Shown here in pieces: positions 11,701 to 18,031 of a stretch of 64,000 nt of DNA (its first letter is position 1; each line of letters starts with the position of its first letter). The notes beneath the pieces were generated by a model that had not been told where the DNA came from, searched no databases, and saw only the letters and a list, made by a program, of their open reading frames with translations. The stretch is from assembly GCA_944331895.1 (NCBI GenBank), contig CALVIX010000003.1, forward strand, positions 74,953-138,952, written 5' to 3'. This stretch comes from an uncultured Bacilli bacterium. GTDB lineage: Bacteria > Bacillota_I > Bacilli_A > RF39 > UBA660. Both the position numbers and the translations under genes were made by a program.

Positions 11701-12863
11701 TAGAATTGAATTAGTTCATATACGTTACAACCATTTCGATTTCCACAATTACCGCTTTCGATCTCTCCTGCCTCACTATAATATCCAGTAATTGATTGTC
11801 CATAACCTACATGGCTTTGTCTATAATATCCCGACATATTACTCTCTGCATTAAATAGATCACTTTCTTCAGTACCAATAATTGTCGGTTGCAAATTTGC
11901 CTCGATGAAACCTCTTCCACTTCGTTCATAATAGGTTGTACCCATTTCATACTCATCATTTTCGTCCTGTAAAAAATAAACGTTACAAGTGTTCGTTTTC
12001 GTCCCTGTTTCTAAAAAGCCAAAAGATGGTGCCGGGCATTGATAAGAACTATGATAATTGGCACTATCATCGTAGCAATCTGTACATGATCCATATTCGA
12101 CATCCGTTCCACCAAAAAGACTTTTCGTCGCTGTCGTCGTAATCGTACTTCCTTTATAATATCCAGCTACTTCTGGATATTCATAAATGTAATTGATCGT
12201 ACTAATTTGATTCATTCCCTTTGATTTCAACTGCGACTGTGCACTATCGATCGTTACTCCACTATTTACATACGCAACCGTTGCATTTGTCCAAGAAGCA
12301 TACATGTGAATTTCAATTTCACCTGCATTTCCAACTGGAACACTTACGTACCTTTTATAATAAGTATCATCATACGAAATCTCGGCACCTTGATAGTTGG
12401 TCATCCATCCATTGAATGCTAGATCGTTGGGGTGATCAGCAAATGGATTATCGATCAACTCTATCTCGATGGCACCGTTTTTCTTCGGATAATATTTATA
12501 GTAGACAAAAGTGTTTTGCCTTTCTGTAAGAGAGACATATCCCGTATGTTGTCCATCGTAGCTAGTACCATGATAGACAACTGTCGTCTTTACTAAATTA
12601 TTATCACCATACAAGTTTTTGTTTGCGAGTGTCGGTAAAGCTCCATCACTACTATATGTATAATTCTGACCCAAATAATAATAATAATCACTATCGGAAT
12701 CATCTATGTAAACTGTATTGCCAACAATCCCACGTGAAACTGTTGCTTTTGGATTTGCTGTTTTCCACGCTCCGTAGGAAAAGGCAATCGTCGTAATAGG
12801 GATAATACACGCTAAAAGAATCAAGAAATATACTTGACGATTCTTCTTGAACTTTTTTCTCAT
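5757..12863 (-). CDS. Giant secreted beta-solenoid protein (2368 aa) with a SipW-cognate-like N-terminus
   Basis: N-terminus MRKKFKKNRQ plus one hydrophobic span, then AFSYGAWKTANPKATV. Aa ~40-490 is a Tyr/Cys-containing region. Aa ~490-1510 is Gly/Asn/Thr-rich with at least 24 [YF]GG[GSN]N units at ~25-aa spacing. Aa ~1520-2368 is beta-rich. No LPXTG or other C-terminal anchor. Confidence 0.75.
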   Translation of the reverse strand: MRKKFKKNRQVYFLILLACIIPITTIAFSYGAWKTANPKATVSRGIVGNTVYIDDSDSDYYYYLGQNYTYSSDGALPTLANKNLYGDNNLVKTTVVYHGTSYDGQHTGYVSLTERQNTFVYYKYYPKKNGAIEIELIDNPFADHPNDLAFNGWMTNYQGAEISYDDTYYKRYVSVPVGNAGEIEIHMYASWTNATVAYVNSGVTIDSAQSQLKSKGMNQISTINYIYEYPEVAGYYKGSTITTTATKSLFGGTDVEYGSCTDCYDDSANYHSSYQCPAPSFGFLETGTKTNTCNVYFLQDENDEYEMGTTYYERSGRGFIEANLQPTIIGTEESDLFNAESNMSGYYRQSHVGYGQSITGYYSEAGEIESGNCGNRNGCNVYELIQFYKADGTEEKLDPDADYYYLTTRDTNILVMNGNMSRGWSESSTKPFTLTGIHNSIDYNPTWNVNNLSVTAYSDLRIENMTISTTTSHREVDPSSRNSASATFYGNYFNVKFGRNIKQNGNYVNFTSILGGRNSDSFWGGGTFGSSSNPERYELVIESGDYNSVSLTMGSSTGTSGTQLYTETYGVYGNDYDRVTVNNDNLLVYFCASGSWGGRIYSSNNDLTPALNTIVKSGRFGTHDIDHTSGIYVGGRQGGTHYAPRLAKIEGGYIANLIGGPLTASSKGSTNDTYIYMTGGEADTITGGAGTSTTYGNRILQVTGGTVNYSIFGGSNGYDGSSSDGTLTGDSYVYIGGTATIGNDTYINNGSTIWGSEAGSVFGSGNGNSRYATIGSVNHSNIVIADQAVVKKNVYGSGNYGTVGYSASNSSTTSIQLVGGTVNGSVFGSGNHSGSGRSGRVTSTIEITMDGGSVLDSIYGGSNQEGTVYGSSAVTLVNGSLKDAYGGGLGEDTYVTQNIDMTVGTARTRNLNVTGSVYGGSAFGVVNSGQKTTTQSAYSTSVIVNAGTINQVFGGGKGNQTITPYVAGDVSVTTTGGVITNLFGGNDAKGEPNGSVVVTLNGGTITNAYGGGNNTLVSETNVFQNGSQVTNLFGGSNQSGDVENAQITISGGSATNIYGGNNVGGKTTTTNITMTGGTVGTMYGGGKLTDSNTSTLTIKNGTVDTVYGGGEQANMSQSTLIMVENATIGELYGGSNILGNVPQSDIRITGGNLTNVYGGNNQGGITATTNILLSGGTITNAYGGGNKTSTTTSNLTLSGSTVGSIYGGGNQAGVTTTNVDLKSGQATYAFGGSNQAGTVETSNVKAENPSNLTVGNVYGGNNQGGVTKDANVTLNGGSYTNLYGGGNMAPTDQTNVQVDSITMNGEFFGGGNQAAVNYDTKVVFKNSSIAGDLFGGGNLGIVSGDTEVNISNSHIQSSIYAGGNGQSAIVHGSTTLNVDQNTIVDQHVFGGGNAANTGTKEVNRSVSHVNIAGAAIHGNVYGGANTAVLYGTVELNIGSNENLTKSDIMIDGTVFGGGEANAEGDPNYDYSFISVTEGIQITIDGDGYDQFYIKGSIFGSGNASSTEGYSYIDISNYGTFDQYQENISIQRADIVTLKNSAIKLEGTTDRTNEFSTTKFSISRVKELKLANNSTLFLDNGTNLLQKFNSLKIDGENETEASVTITEGGSVTKNVDNRVYMLEGKNMNIATNEAVTSYGEVSGMTFFGMYQLDRNDRVLTAFYHQKYDAGDTVASGEFYAFTSGSYVLGLHNTNHDITKDGFYSNYENEDVEGTVEVKYIEPTPSDASYYMWVIGETVETYELTLTASKYATLGTYELPLVTSGGANTQFEILGFNYQNLEEGFELVDPDTIERVNRDGKADDIMGLSMEASNTGFVTKGSTNFRTEEGSSVVGTTNYQSENSSAVPSFIFYLYHSKNLTQAREIGTVVISLLEITPIDELNNEVTRVNINVTINSALYANNEYEGAMTTGEKYDLFASTQTNITTKSSLSAYYSLYMETDKPYYQTGYQHALVSSYVLPVGTKITMIDFATMPTYYYHVIDEEDYRNATAEHALYGESSYYLSDFIAMGSTSADNNYNEQKNMELYYDEEMGIIEEEFIFIVDFGDTTIEGDQIGKSLLMELRNAQDQTLISVLGIQHANLTYNLYDNRDAVIDVEGTLSKNPIYIGEDSDLTLTTNFTQSTASGATVVDTTYLDKRLGVYITIFDANQNQLNNSSLLGLTYELDGVTYYPRMDGSIRIPLADKVANVLSRIKIHTNNVNLASGNYTMKIESFGSPDGIYFGTNSSDQITIPFEIINSRYGLDVSLDERQTIVDKETGYTTLGNNALIFHVKYSSNLSNPNIRVSLFRRNYDEIYDTTYSQVNLLDYVSNNMQQKNENEYLLSEMPAAESDKNLYLKSNLKSGTYRFVFRLYDGDTLIGDCTEYVIIK
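8469..10301 (-). repeat. Coding tandem repeats (~75 nt / ~25 aa) of the beta-solenoid core
   Basis: Repeated xVYGGGNxxGxVxxTNVTLxGGTVxN pattern (IYGGSN, AYGGGN, LFGGSN, IYGGNN, MYGGGK, VYGGGE ...). Degenerate at the DNA level. Confidence 0.6.
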
Positions 12864-12880
12864 ATGATCCCTCCTTTTCT

Positions 12881-13870
12881 CTACGATGGATTTGTCGTAA
12901 ATTCTAATTTAAAACTAATATCTCCATAAGAAGCATTATCTTCGCAATCTACATCCTGACCTTCTAACCACATGTAAATTCTAACTTTTGTAATCGAAGG
13001 CTCTAAATCAAATATTTTAAAATTGTTCATACCACTTTTAGGAGTCGAACTATCCACATTGACTCTTCGAAATAACGATGGATAGGTAGCACTATTGGCA
13101 TTTTGAATTAAAACGTTATTCGCGCTTCCAATCTCTGCAATTACCCCATCGTATGGTAATACCGCACCACCTACTTGCGAAGTTGTAATTCCATATACAC
13201 TCTGTGCATTTTGAACGCCATACTGTGTATGAGTATCATAATTCGGTTCCCAAATAAATGCATTTCTCGCACCAGTTAATCCTTGTGCTAAAGAAGCATT
13301 ATCTGCAGAAGTTCCTTCATTTAGAAAAGCAATTCTCGTTGCATTTTCGATTCCTTTACTCTCTTCTCCTAGATATGTTACAGATGAATTATTAGAAACA
13401 TAAAGTTCTTTCGGAGCAGTCGTACGAAAAAATAAATCAAATGCGATAAAATTTCCTTCGCTATCTTCTCCAAAACTTTCCGTTTCTTCACTTTTTTCCG
13501 TCACCAATACAAAATCTGTCGAATCCGTATTCGTTGCATCTCCACGGAACAATTCCAATTTCCCTGCTCCATCCACTGTACCTCCTGTAGAAACCGGATA
13601 AAATTGAGCTGGTATCTGATTGACACTTCTTCCATAGTTGTCTCTTGCATTCATAATATCTTGCACTGTCACAACCTGTTTCCAGTTTACCGCATCCGTA
13701 CTCACTTCGAGTCCTCCATCAGCCTGTACATGTACATCCAAAGCATCAATACTTACAACTCGATTGCTCGTAAACCAAGCATAAGATGTTGCGACGAATA
13801 GCAAGAAACTAAATAACAGTGGCAACAATAACATTTTTCTTCTCTTTTCCCTCTTTTTACTTCTTTCCAT
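12881..13870 (-). CDS. Secreted TasA-like protein, family A (paralogue of 685-1710)
   Basis: The track ORF starts at 13879, but GGAGGAG (13881-13887) is spaced correctly for the ATG at 13870 (MERSKKREKRRK...). ATSYAWFTSNRVV follows the membrane span. C-terminal ITKVRIYMWLEGQDVDCEDNASYGDISFKLEF. Confidence 0.6.
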   Translation of the reverse strand: MERSKKREKRRKMLLLPLLFSFLLFVATSYAWFTSNRVVSIDALDVHVQADGGLEVSTDAVNWKQVVTVQDIMNARDNYGRSVNQIPAQFYPVSTGGTVDGAGKLELFRGDATNTDSTDFVLVTEKSEETESFGEDSEGNFIAFDLFFRTTAPKELYVSNNSSVTYLGEESKGIENATRIAFLNEGTSADNASLAQGLTGARNAFIWEPNYDTHTQYGVQNAQSVYGITTSQVGGAVLPYDGVIAEIGSANNVLIQNANSATYPSLFRRVNVDSSTPKSGMNNFKIFDLEPSITKVRIYMWLEGQDVDCEDNASYGDISFKLEFTTNPS

Positions 13871-14567
13871 TGTCGACATGCTCCTCCATAATTTCCATAT
13901 TTAATTTGATTTCTCCACCGATAATCGCATCGACACAATCCGGATCATCCCCCTCTAAATAGATGACGATCGTATATTTATCGATATCATTCGGTTTAAA
14001 ATTCTTACGTTCTTTCAAAACAGCGACATCATCAGAATAAAATGGCGTCGTATTATATTCAATCTCGTTTGTCAAACTATTCCTCTTCGCGTAGATCGTC
14101 TGTTTGCCATTTTCATAAACCATAATTCTGATCGCTTCATCTACATTTTTTATGACATCTAATACATTGATCTGATACCAATAATGAATCGTACGCTCTC
14201 CTTCGTTTCCTACGTAAAACGTATAAGCAATATAATTATCCCCATTATGCGCTCCATCTTTTTCATCATTTAAATTATCCGGTAACCAATTGACAGAGAT
14301 ATTATCCATAAATTCTATTTCCTCTGCATATAATTTATTTCGCGTTACCTTGTTGTCTTTGCTTTCGTAAAGTACGATTCCACTATCTAAAGCAAAGTTC
14401 GGATCTAACGTCACAGTGAAGTTTCCACCTTGATATACGACCATCAATACAAAAAAAAGAGCAAGCAAAAAAAGGAAAAGAAAGATTGCTATTCTCTTCG
14501 CATACTTTAATCGTTTCTTGCGCCCTTGTAAATTTTTTGCAGTGACCTTTACCGTACTTACTGCCAT
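13857..14567 (-). CDS. Membrane-anchored or secreted protein sharing the family A C-terminal motif
   Basis: 236 aa with basic n-region RKKRLKYAKR and one span. C-terminus DKYTIVIYLEGDDPDCVDAIIGGEIKLNMEI parallels YMWxEGQDVDCExNASxGxISFxLxF. Confidence 0.55.
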   Translation of the reverse strand: MAVSTVKVTAKNLQGRKKRLKYAKRIAIFLFLFLLALFFVLMVVYQGGNFTVTLDPNFALDSGIVLYESKDNKVTRNKLYAEEIEFMDNISVNWLPDNLNDEKDGAHNGDNYIAYTFYVGNEGERTIHYWYQINVLDVIKNVDEAIRIMVYENGKQTIYAKRNSLTNEIEYNTTPFYSDDVAVLKERKNFKPNDIDKYTIVIYLEGDDPDCVDAIIGGEIKLNMEIMEEHVDNGKK

Positions 14568-14595
14568 ACCACCACGATCCTTTATTATTACTTTA

Positions 14596-14625
14596 ATTTT
14601 ATCATATCTTGTCGCATTTTGTAAA
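14596..14625 (-). promoter_or_regulatory. Sigma-A-like promoter for the 236-aa ORF and downstream cassette
   Basis: On the minus strand: TTTACA, 18 nt, TGaTAAAAT (extended -10). Lies immediately downstream of the terminator at 14661-14689. Confidence 0.4.
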
Positions 14626-14660
14626 CCTAGAAAACACTTTTAAAACAAGTAAGATACGTT

Positions 14661-14689
14661 CAAAAAAAAGAAAGATCTAGTCTTTCTTT
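14661..14689 (-). terminator. Rho-independent terminator of the 95-aa ORF
   Basis: Minus strand AAAGAAAGA-ctaga-TCTTTCTTT followed by TTTTT. The stop codon lies in the loop. Confidence 0.55.
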
Positions 14690-14964
14690 CTCTGTAAGCC
14701 AAAATCAAAATTCGGATCGTCCTTTAATACGTGTATCGACATCGTCTTAAATAGATCATCTAAATCCAGTGTATCATCACTGACGTTATCTTTTTTCTCT
14801 ACCTGTGGAGTCGTTTCATCCAATTCGACAATTTCAATTTCTTCCTCTGGAATTTCCCTTCTATTTTGAGTCTTCCCCTTCTTATTCTGTCTCATCAAAA
14901 GTGCAAAGATCGCAATGAGAGCAATAACAAGTATCAATCCAGCAATCAACATAATCCACAACAT
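14677..14964 (-). CDS. Small single-span membrane protein with acidic tail (95 aa)
   Basis: MLWIMLIAGLILVIALIAIFALLM then K/R, then a D/E-rich tail. RBS GGAGGGG. Has its own promoter and terminator. Confidence 0.55.
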   Translation of the reverse strand: MLWIMLIAGLILVIALIAIFALLMRQNKKGKTQNRREIPEEEIEIVELDETTPQVEKKDNVSDDTLDLDDLFKTMSIHVLKDDPNFDFGLQRKKD

Positions 14965-14990
14965 TACGACCCCTCCTATCTTACTCTAAT

Positions 14991-15019
14991 ATTTTACCAT
15001 ATCTTTTCTATTACCTCAA
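14991..15019 (-). promoter_or_regulatory. Sigma-A-like promoter of the 95-aa ORF
   Basis: Minus strand TTGAGG, 17 nt, TGgTAAAAT. Confidence 0.45.
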
Positions 15020-15143
15020 TCTATTTTTCTGAAATTGTTCTATTTATCACTTTACACCTATTGACATACGTCAAACCTTTTGTTTACATATCCTACTCTG
15101 TTTCATGATATAATGATCTCAAGATGGAAAGGTGTGATCTCAA

Positions 15144-15734
15144 TTGATTAAAGTGAAAAAATGGAAATTATTGATCGCTATTTGTGCTTTGATCTTTTGC
15201 GTCACACAAATACAACAAACTTATGCGAAATATCTAGATACGAAAGAAGGCGATACAGATTTTACCATTGCTCAATGGAAAATCCTCGTCAACGATCAAG
15301 ATATTACAGAAGCTGCAACAATGTCTTCTCTAGTTAACCCAGTATATCTCGAAAACGAGCATGTAAAAGACGGAGTCATCGCTCCTGGACAAAATGGATA
15401 TTTTGATCTGACGATCGATTCAAGCAAGACGGAAGTATCCTTTTCCTATGCGATTCAAATCGCGACATCCGATCAAAGTTCTGTCTCTGATCTTGCAATT
15501 ACTGGATATCAAGTGAACGATAGTGGTCTCGTATCTGTCGATCAAGCAGTCAATACAATTCAAAATAATATATATTACAATGATCCGACCAAAGAAAATA
15601 AAATTCGCGTATACTTCCAGTGGAAAGATGGTGTAGGAGAAACGATGGATAACGCTGCCGATACCAACGCATCGTTAAGTGGAGAGAGCGCTAAACTGAA
15701 AGTTAATATTACGTTTACACAAATTGCAAATTAA
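15144..15734 (+). CDS. Secreted TasA/camelysin-like protein, family C (paralogue of 2940-3515); one of only two plus-strand genes called
   Basis: 196 aa with a TTG start in the track. Signal-like N-terminus ending IQQTYAKYLDT. IAQWKILVNDQDI, APGQNGYFDLTIDSSKTEVSFSYAI, VYFQWKDG. Confidence 0.55.
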   Translation: MIKVKKWKLLIAICALIFCVTQIQQTYAKYLDTKEGDTDFTIAQWKILVNDQDITEAATMSSLVNPVYLENEHVKDGVIAPGQNGYFDLTIDSSKTEVSFSYAIQIATSDQSSVSDLAITGYQVNDSGLVSVDQAVNTIQNNIYYNDPTKENKIRVYFQWKDGVGETMDNAADTNASLSGESAKLKVNITFTQIAN

Positions 15735-15762
15735 AACCACAGTTAATTCTGTGGTCTTTTTT
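15733..15762. terminator. Bidirectional terminator between convergent ORFs
   Basis: ACCACAG-ttaatt-CTGTGGT is followed by CTTTTTT on plus. The reverse orientation is followed by TTTTAATTT. It overlaps the last codons of the 204-aa ORF. Confidence 0.6.
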
Positions 15763-16345
15763 GACTTGCTGTCAATTTAACGATAATTTCAATTTGTTTT
15801 TCTCCTGGATAGTCTTGCTTATAACTATAGCTCTTTTTTCCCCAATAAGTATCTAATTCATCATTTCCGGACTCATACGGCCAATCTAACCCTACTCGAA
15901 AGCTCGCTTTCGCACCGATATCAATTTCCGATTGATCGACTCCCAGAGTTAATTTAAAAGGATAGTTATTCTGTAACATTTCAATTAACTCATCACTTGT
16001 ATAATCCGCATCCGTATATACTTCATCCATAATCTTGATCGATTTTACTTCGTATGTAATATAAGCCAACATCTCTCCAGAATTGCTAATTTCGATAAAT
16101 TCCTCGAAAGATTCCATTCCCGGATAGATCGAATCAATCTCGAAAGTAACATCTTCCTCTAGATCATTTCCATCTTGTTCAAATGTTACCTTCCATGATT
16201 TTACCCCAGTAGTGATACTGTTGGATACTTTATTGCTATAGATAAACCATGCAAAAGAATTTGCCATAAAAGCAAAAATTAGAAAAAATAATGTACTTCT
16301 ACGTATTCTTCGTTTCGTCTTTTTCATGAGTGTTTTCTTCTTCAT
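15743..16345 (-). CDS. Secreted TasA/camelysin-like protein with SipW-cognate-type signal
   Basis: MKKKTLMKKTKRRIRR, one span, then ANSFAWFIYSNKV. IYPGMESFEEFIEISNSGEMLAYITYEV resembles the TasA LKPGD...NNGSL segment. Start uncertain: GTG 16357, ATG 16345 or ATG 16327. Confidence 0.55.
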   Translation of the reverse strand: MKKKTLMKKTKRRIRRSTLFFLIFAFMANSFAWFIYSNKVSNSITTGVKSWKVTFEQDGNDLEEDVTFEIDSIYPGMESFEEFIEISNSGEMLAYITYEVKSIKIMDEVYTDADYTSDELIEMLQNNYPFKLTLGVDQSEIDIGAKASFRVGLDWPYESGNDELDTYWGKKSYSYKQDYPGEKQIEIIVKLTASQKRPQN

Positions 16346-16907
16346 CGGACAACTCACTTTCTTTCTCTTTGATATAATCGAGTATTTCTAAGAAAATTAA
16401 AATTGCAATCGGAACAAACACAAGAAAATATAATCCGTAGGAATTATTTAAAATATGACTTAACCAACTTAATACTTGCGGTCTATAAACGACAACTCCA
16501 TACATTTGATCTTCTCGAATTTCCGGATCAGGTGTATTATTTGCTGTTCCTTGCGTCGTATAATAATAAGTTCCATTCTCTTCTCTTACTTTCTTTACTC
16601 TATGCGTAATGACCCTATCTTTATAATCTCCTGTTTTGCCAAGATAAGTTAAATCATCTCCCACCTGAATTTCATCTGGTTTTTTTTCTTTGATGATAAT
16701 CACATCGTAAATATCGTATTCTGGCATCATACTACCTGTTACAACTGTAAACATGCGATAACTACCAATACTGACTTGATTGTTGAATAATCTTTGAATT
16801 CCAATAACTAATACGATCAAAATCACAAAAATCCAAATCATCACTTTTATAAACCCAAACAGAAACTTAAGAAAAGGATTATTCAGTATTTTTTTCATCA
16901 TCTTCAT
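16299..16907 (-). CDS. sipW: Signal peptidase I, SipW type (Ser and His boxes present; GDNN box reads GTANN)
   Basis: 202 aa with VVTGSMMPEYDIYDVIIIK, GDDLTY, ITHRV, TTQGTANNTPD, a C-terminal span and an acidic tail. Its start overlaps the stop of the upstream 379-aa ORF. Confidence 0.7.
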   Translation of the reverse strand: MKMMKKILNNPFLKFLFGFIKVMIWIFVILIVLVIGIQRLFNNQVSIGSYRMFTVVTGSMMPEYDIYDVIIIKEKKPDEIQVGDDLTYLGKTGDYKDRVITHRVKKVREENGTYYYTTQGTANNTPDPEIREDQMYGVVVYRPQVLSWLSHILNNSYGLYFLVFVPIAILIFLEILDYIKEKESELSDEEENTHEKDETKNT

Positions 16908-18018
16908 TTTTTTTCACCTTCAAATGATCTGTCTTATCGATGTATTCACTCATCGCTTTTTTGTAGATCTTTTCAATTTCACTCGTATCTACAACCTTTT
17001 TATATTTTACTTTTACATATTCTTTTCCAATCAACTTCATCACTTCATCTAAAGATAGTTGATCACTGATATTCATAAGTTGATTGATAGACTGACTTAC
17101 GACACGAGCCTGTAAATTTTCTTTTTCTTCCTCTGTTACCTCTTTTTTATGTAAGGTATCCATGATCAAGCAATTTAACAAAAATGATTCATCCATCATA
17201 TCTTTCAACTTACCTTGATCTTTATAATCTTTATTCGAATGATCCTTTTTTACACTAGGTTCCATATGTGTTTGAAGATAATTCCATAAAGTTAAGGCAT
17301 ATTGGAAATTAACATTTTTCAAAATCAAATTTGTCTTTTTAATCGGAGATGTTACCATAGCTACGTGTAATTTAGCAATACTACGGTATACTTCTGAAGA
17401 ACATAGATCACGAATCTGTTCTTCTACTTTCGTAATTCTTTCAGCAAGTGTTCCTTTATCTCCCTTTTTTTGATCGCTTTCAATCTTACCCGTCAGATGA
17501 ACAGAGATCTCCACCCTTTCATTGTCGATCTTTCCCTTTCCCTGATATTTCAATTCTTTGAGCGAAGAAAAAGATTGCTCGACAAGTTCTTCTTGTTTTT
17601 TTCTCTCGATATACATCTTCATATGATTGATCAACGTATAGATAAAACGATTTTCATAGGTATTAAATGTCTCTTCTTTATTGATATTTAATATTTTAGA
17701 TGGTTTTACTTCCCCAGTCTTAGGATCGATTTCTTGAATCAAATTCGTATTCTTTGACAAATGTTTAATACTATCCACAGTAATTCGACGTGCCAACTCA
17801 ATTTTTACGATCTCTTCTTCGTTGATGATAAAACGATTAGGACTGCGCAAAATATTATCTAAATATCGGATTGTCTCTTCCATTTTTACGAGCCATTCGT
17901 CGTCGTACTCGGATTGATCCATTTTATCTTTCACCTGTAACTCGGAACTTAACGACTGTTTGAATTTCTCTTTCGTCCGATCCGTCGTTTTTCCGTAAAG
18001 TTCTATAATTCCATCCAT
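16879..18018 (-). CDS. Cytoplasmic partner of the McrB-like GTPase (McrC position; no nuclease motif seen)
   Basis: 379 aa starting 13 nt after the GTPase stop. The TYENRFIYTLINHM segment and overall N-terminal region recall the McrC/DUF2357 N-domain (from memory, weak). The C-terminal half is K/E-rich and helical. Confidence 0.45.
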   Translation of the reverse strand: MDGIIELYGKTTDRTKEKFKQSLSSELQVKDKMDQSEYDDEWLVKMEETIRYLDNILRSPNRFIINEEEIVKIELARRITVDSIKHLSKNTNLIQEIDPKTGEVKPSKILNINKEETFNTYENRFIYTLINHMKMYIERKKQEELVEQSFSSLKELKYQGKGKIDNERVEISVHLTGKIESDQKKGDKGTLAERITKVEEQIRDLCSSEVYRSIAKLHVAMVTSPIKKTNLILKNVNFQYALTLWNYLQTHMEPSVKKDHSNKDYKDQGKLKDMMDESFLLNCLIMDTLHKKEVTEEEKENLQARVVSQSINQLMNISDQLSLDEVMKLIGKEYVKVKYKKVVDTSEIEKIYKKAMSEYIDKTDHLKVKKNEDDEKNTE

Positions 18019-18031
18019 ACTCTCACCTACA

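Noticed and set aside
6653-12415. Numerous 60-80-aa ORFs on both strands inside the 2368-aa gene (and similarly inside the giant pilin gene, 46817-50507)
   Set aside because: All are nested within long ORFs whose repeat periodicity and signal sequences support the long frame.
13753-13938. 61-aa minus-strand ORF overlapping the junction of the 236-aa and 329-aa genes; likewise 21898-22098 (66 aa)
   Set aside because: They lie out of frame across two better-supported genes or across the promoter region. They are Cys/Arg-rich with no RBS.
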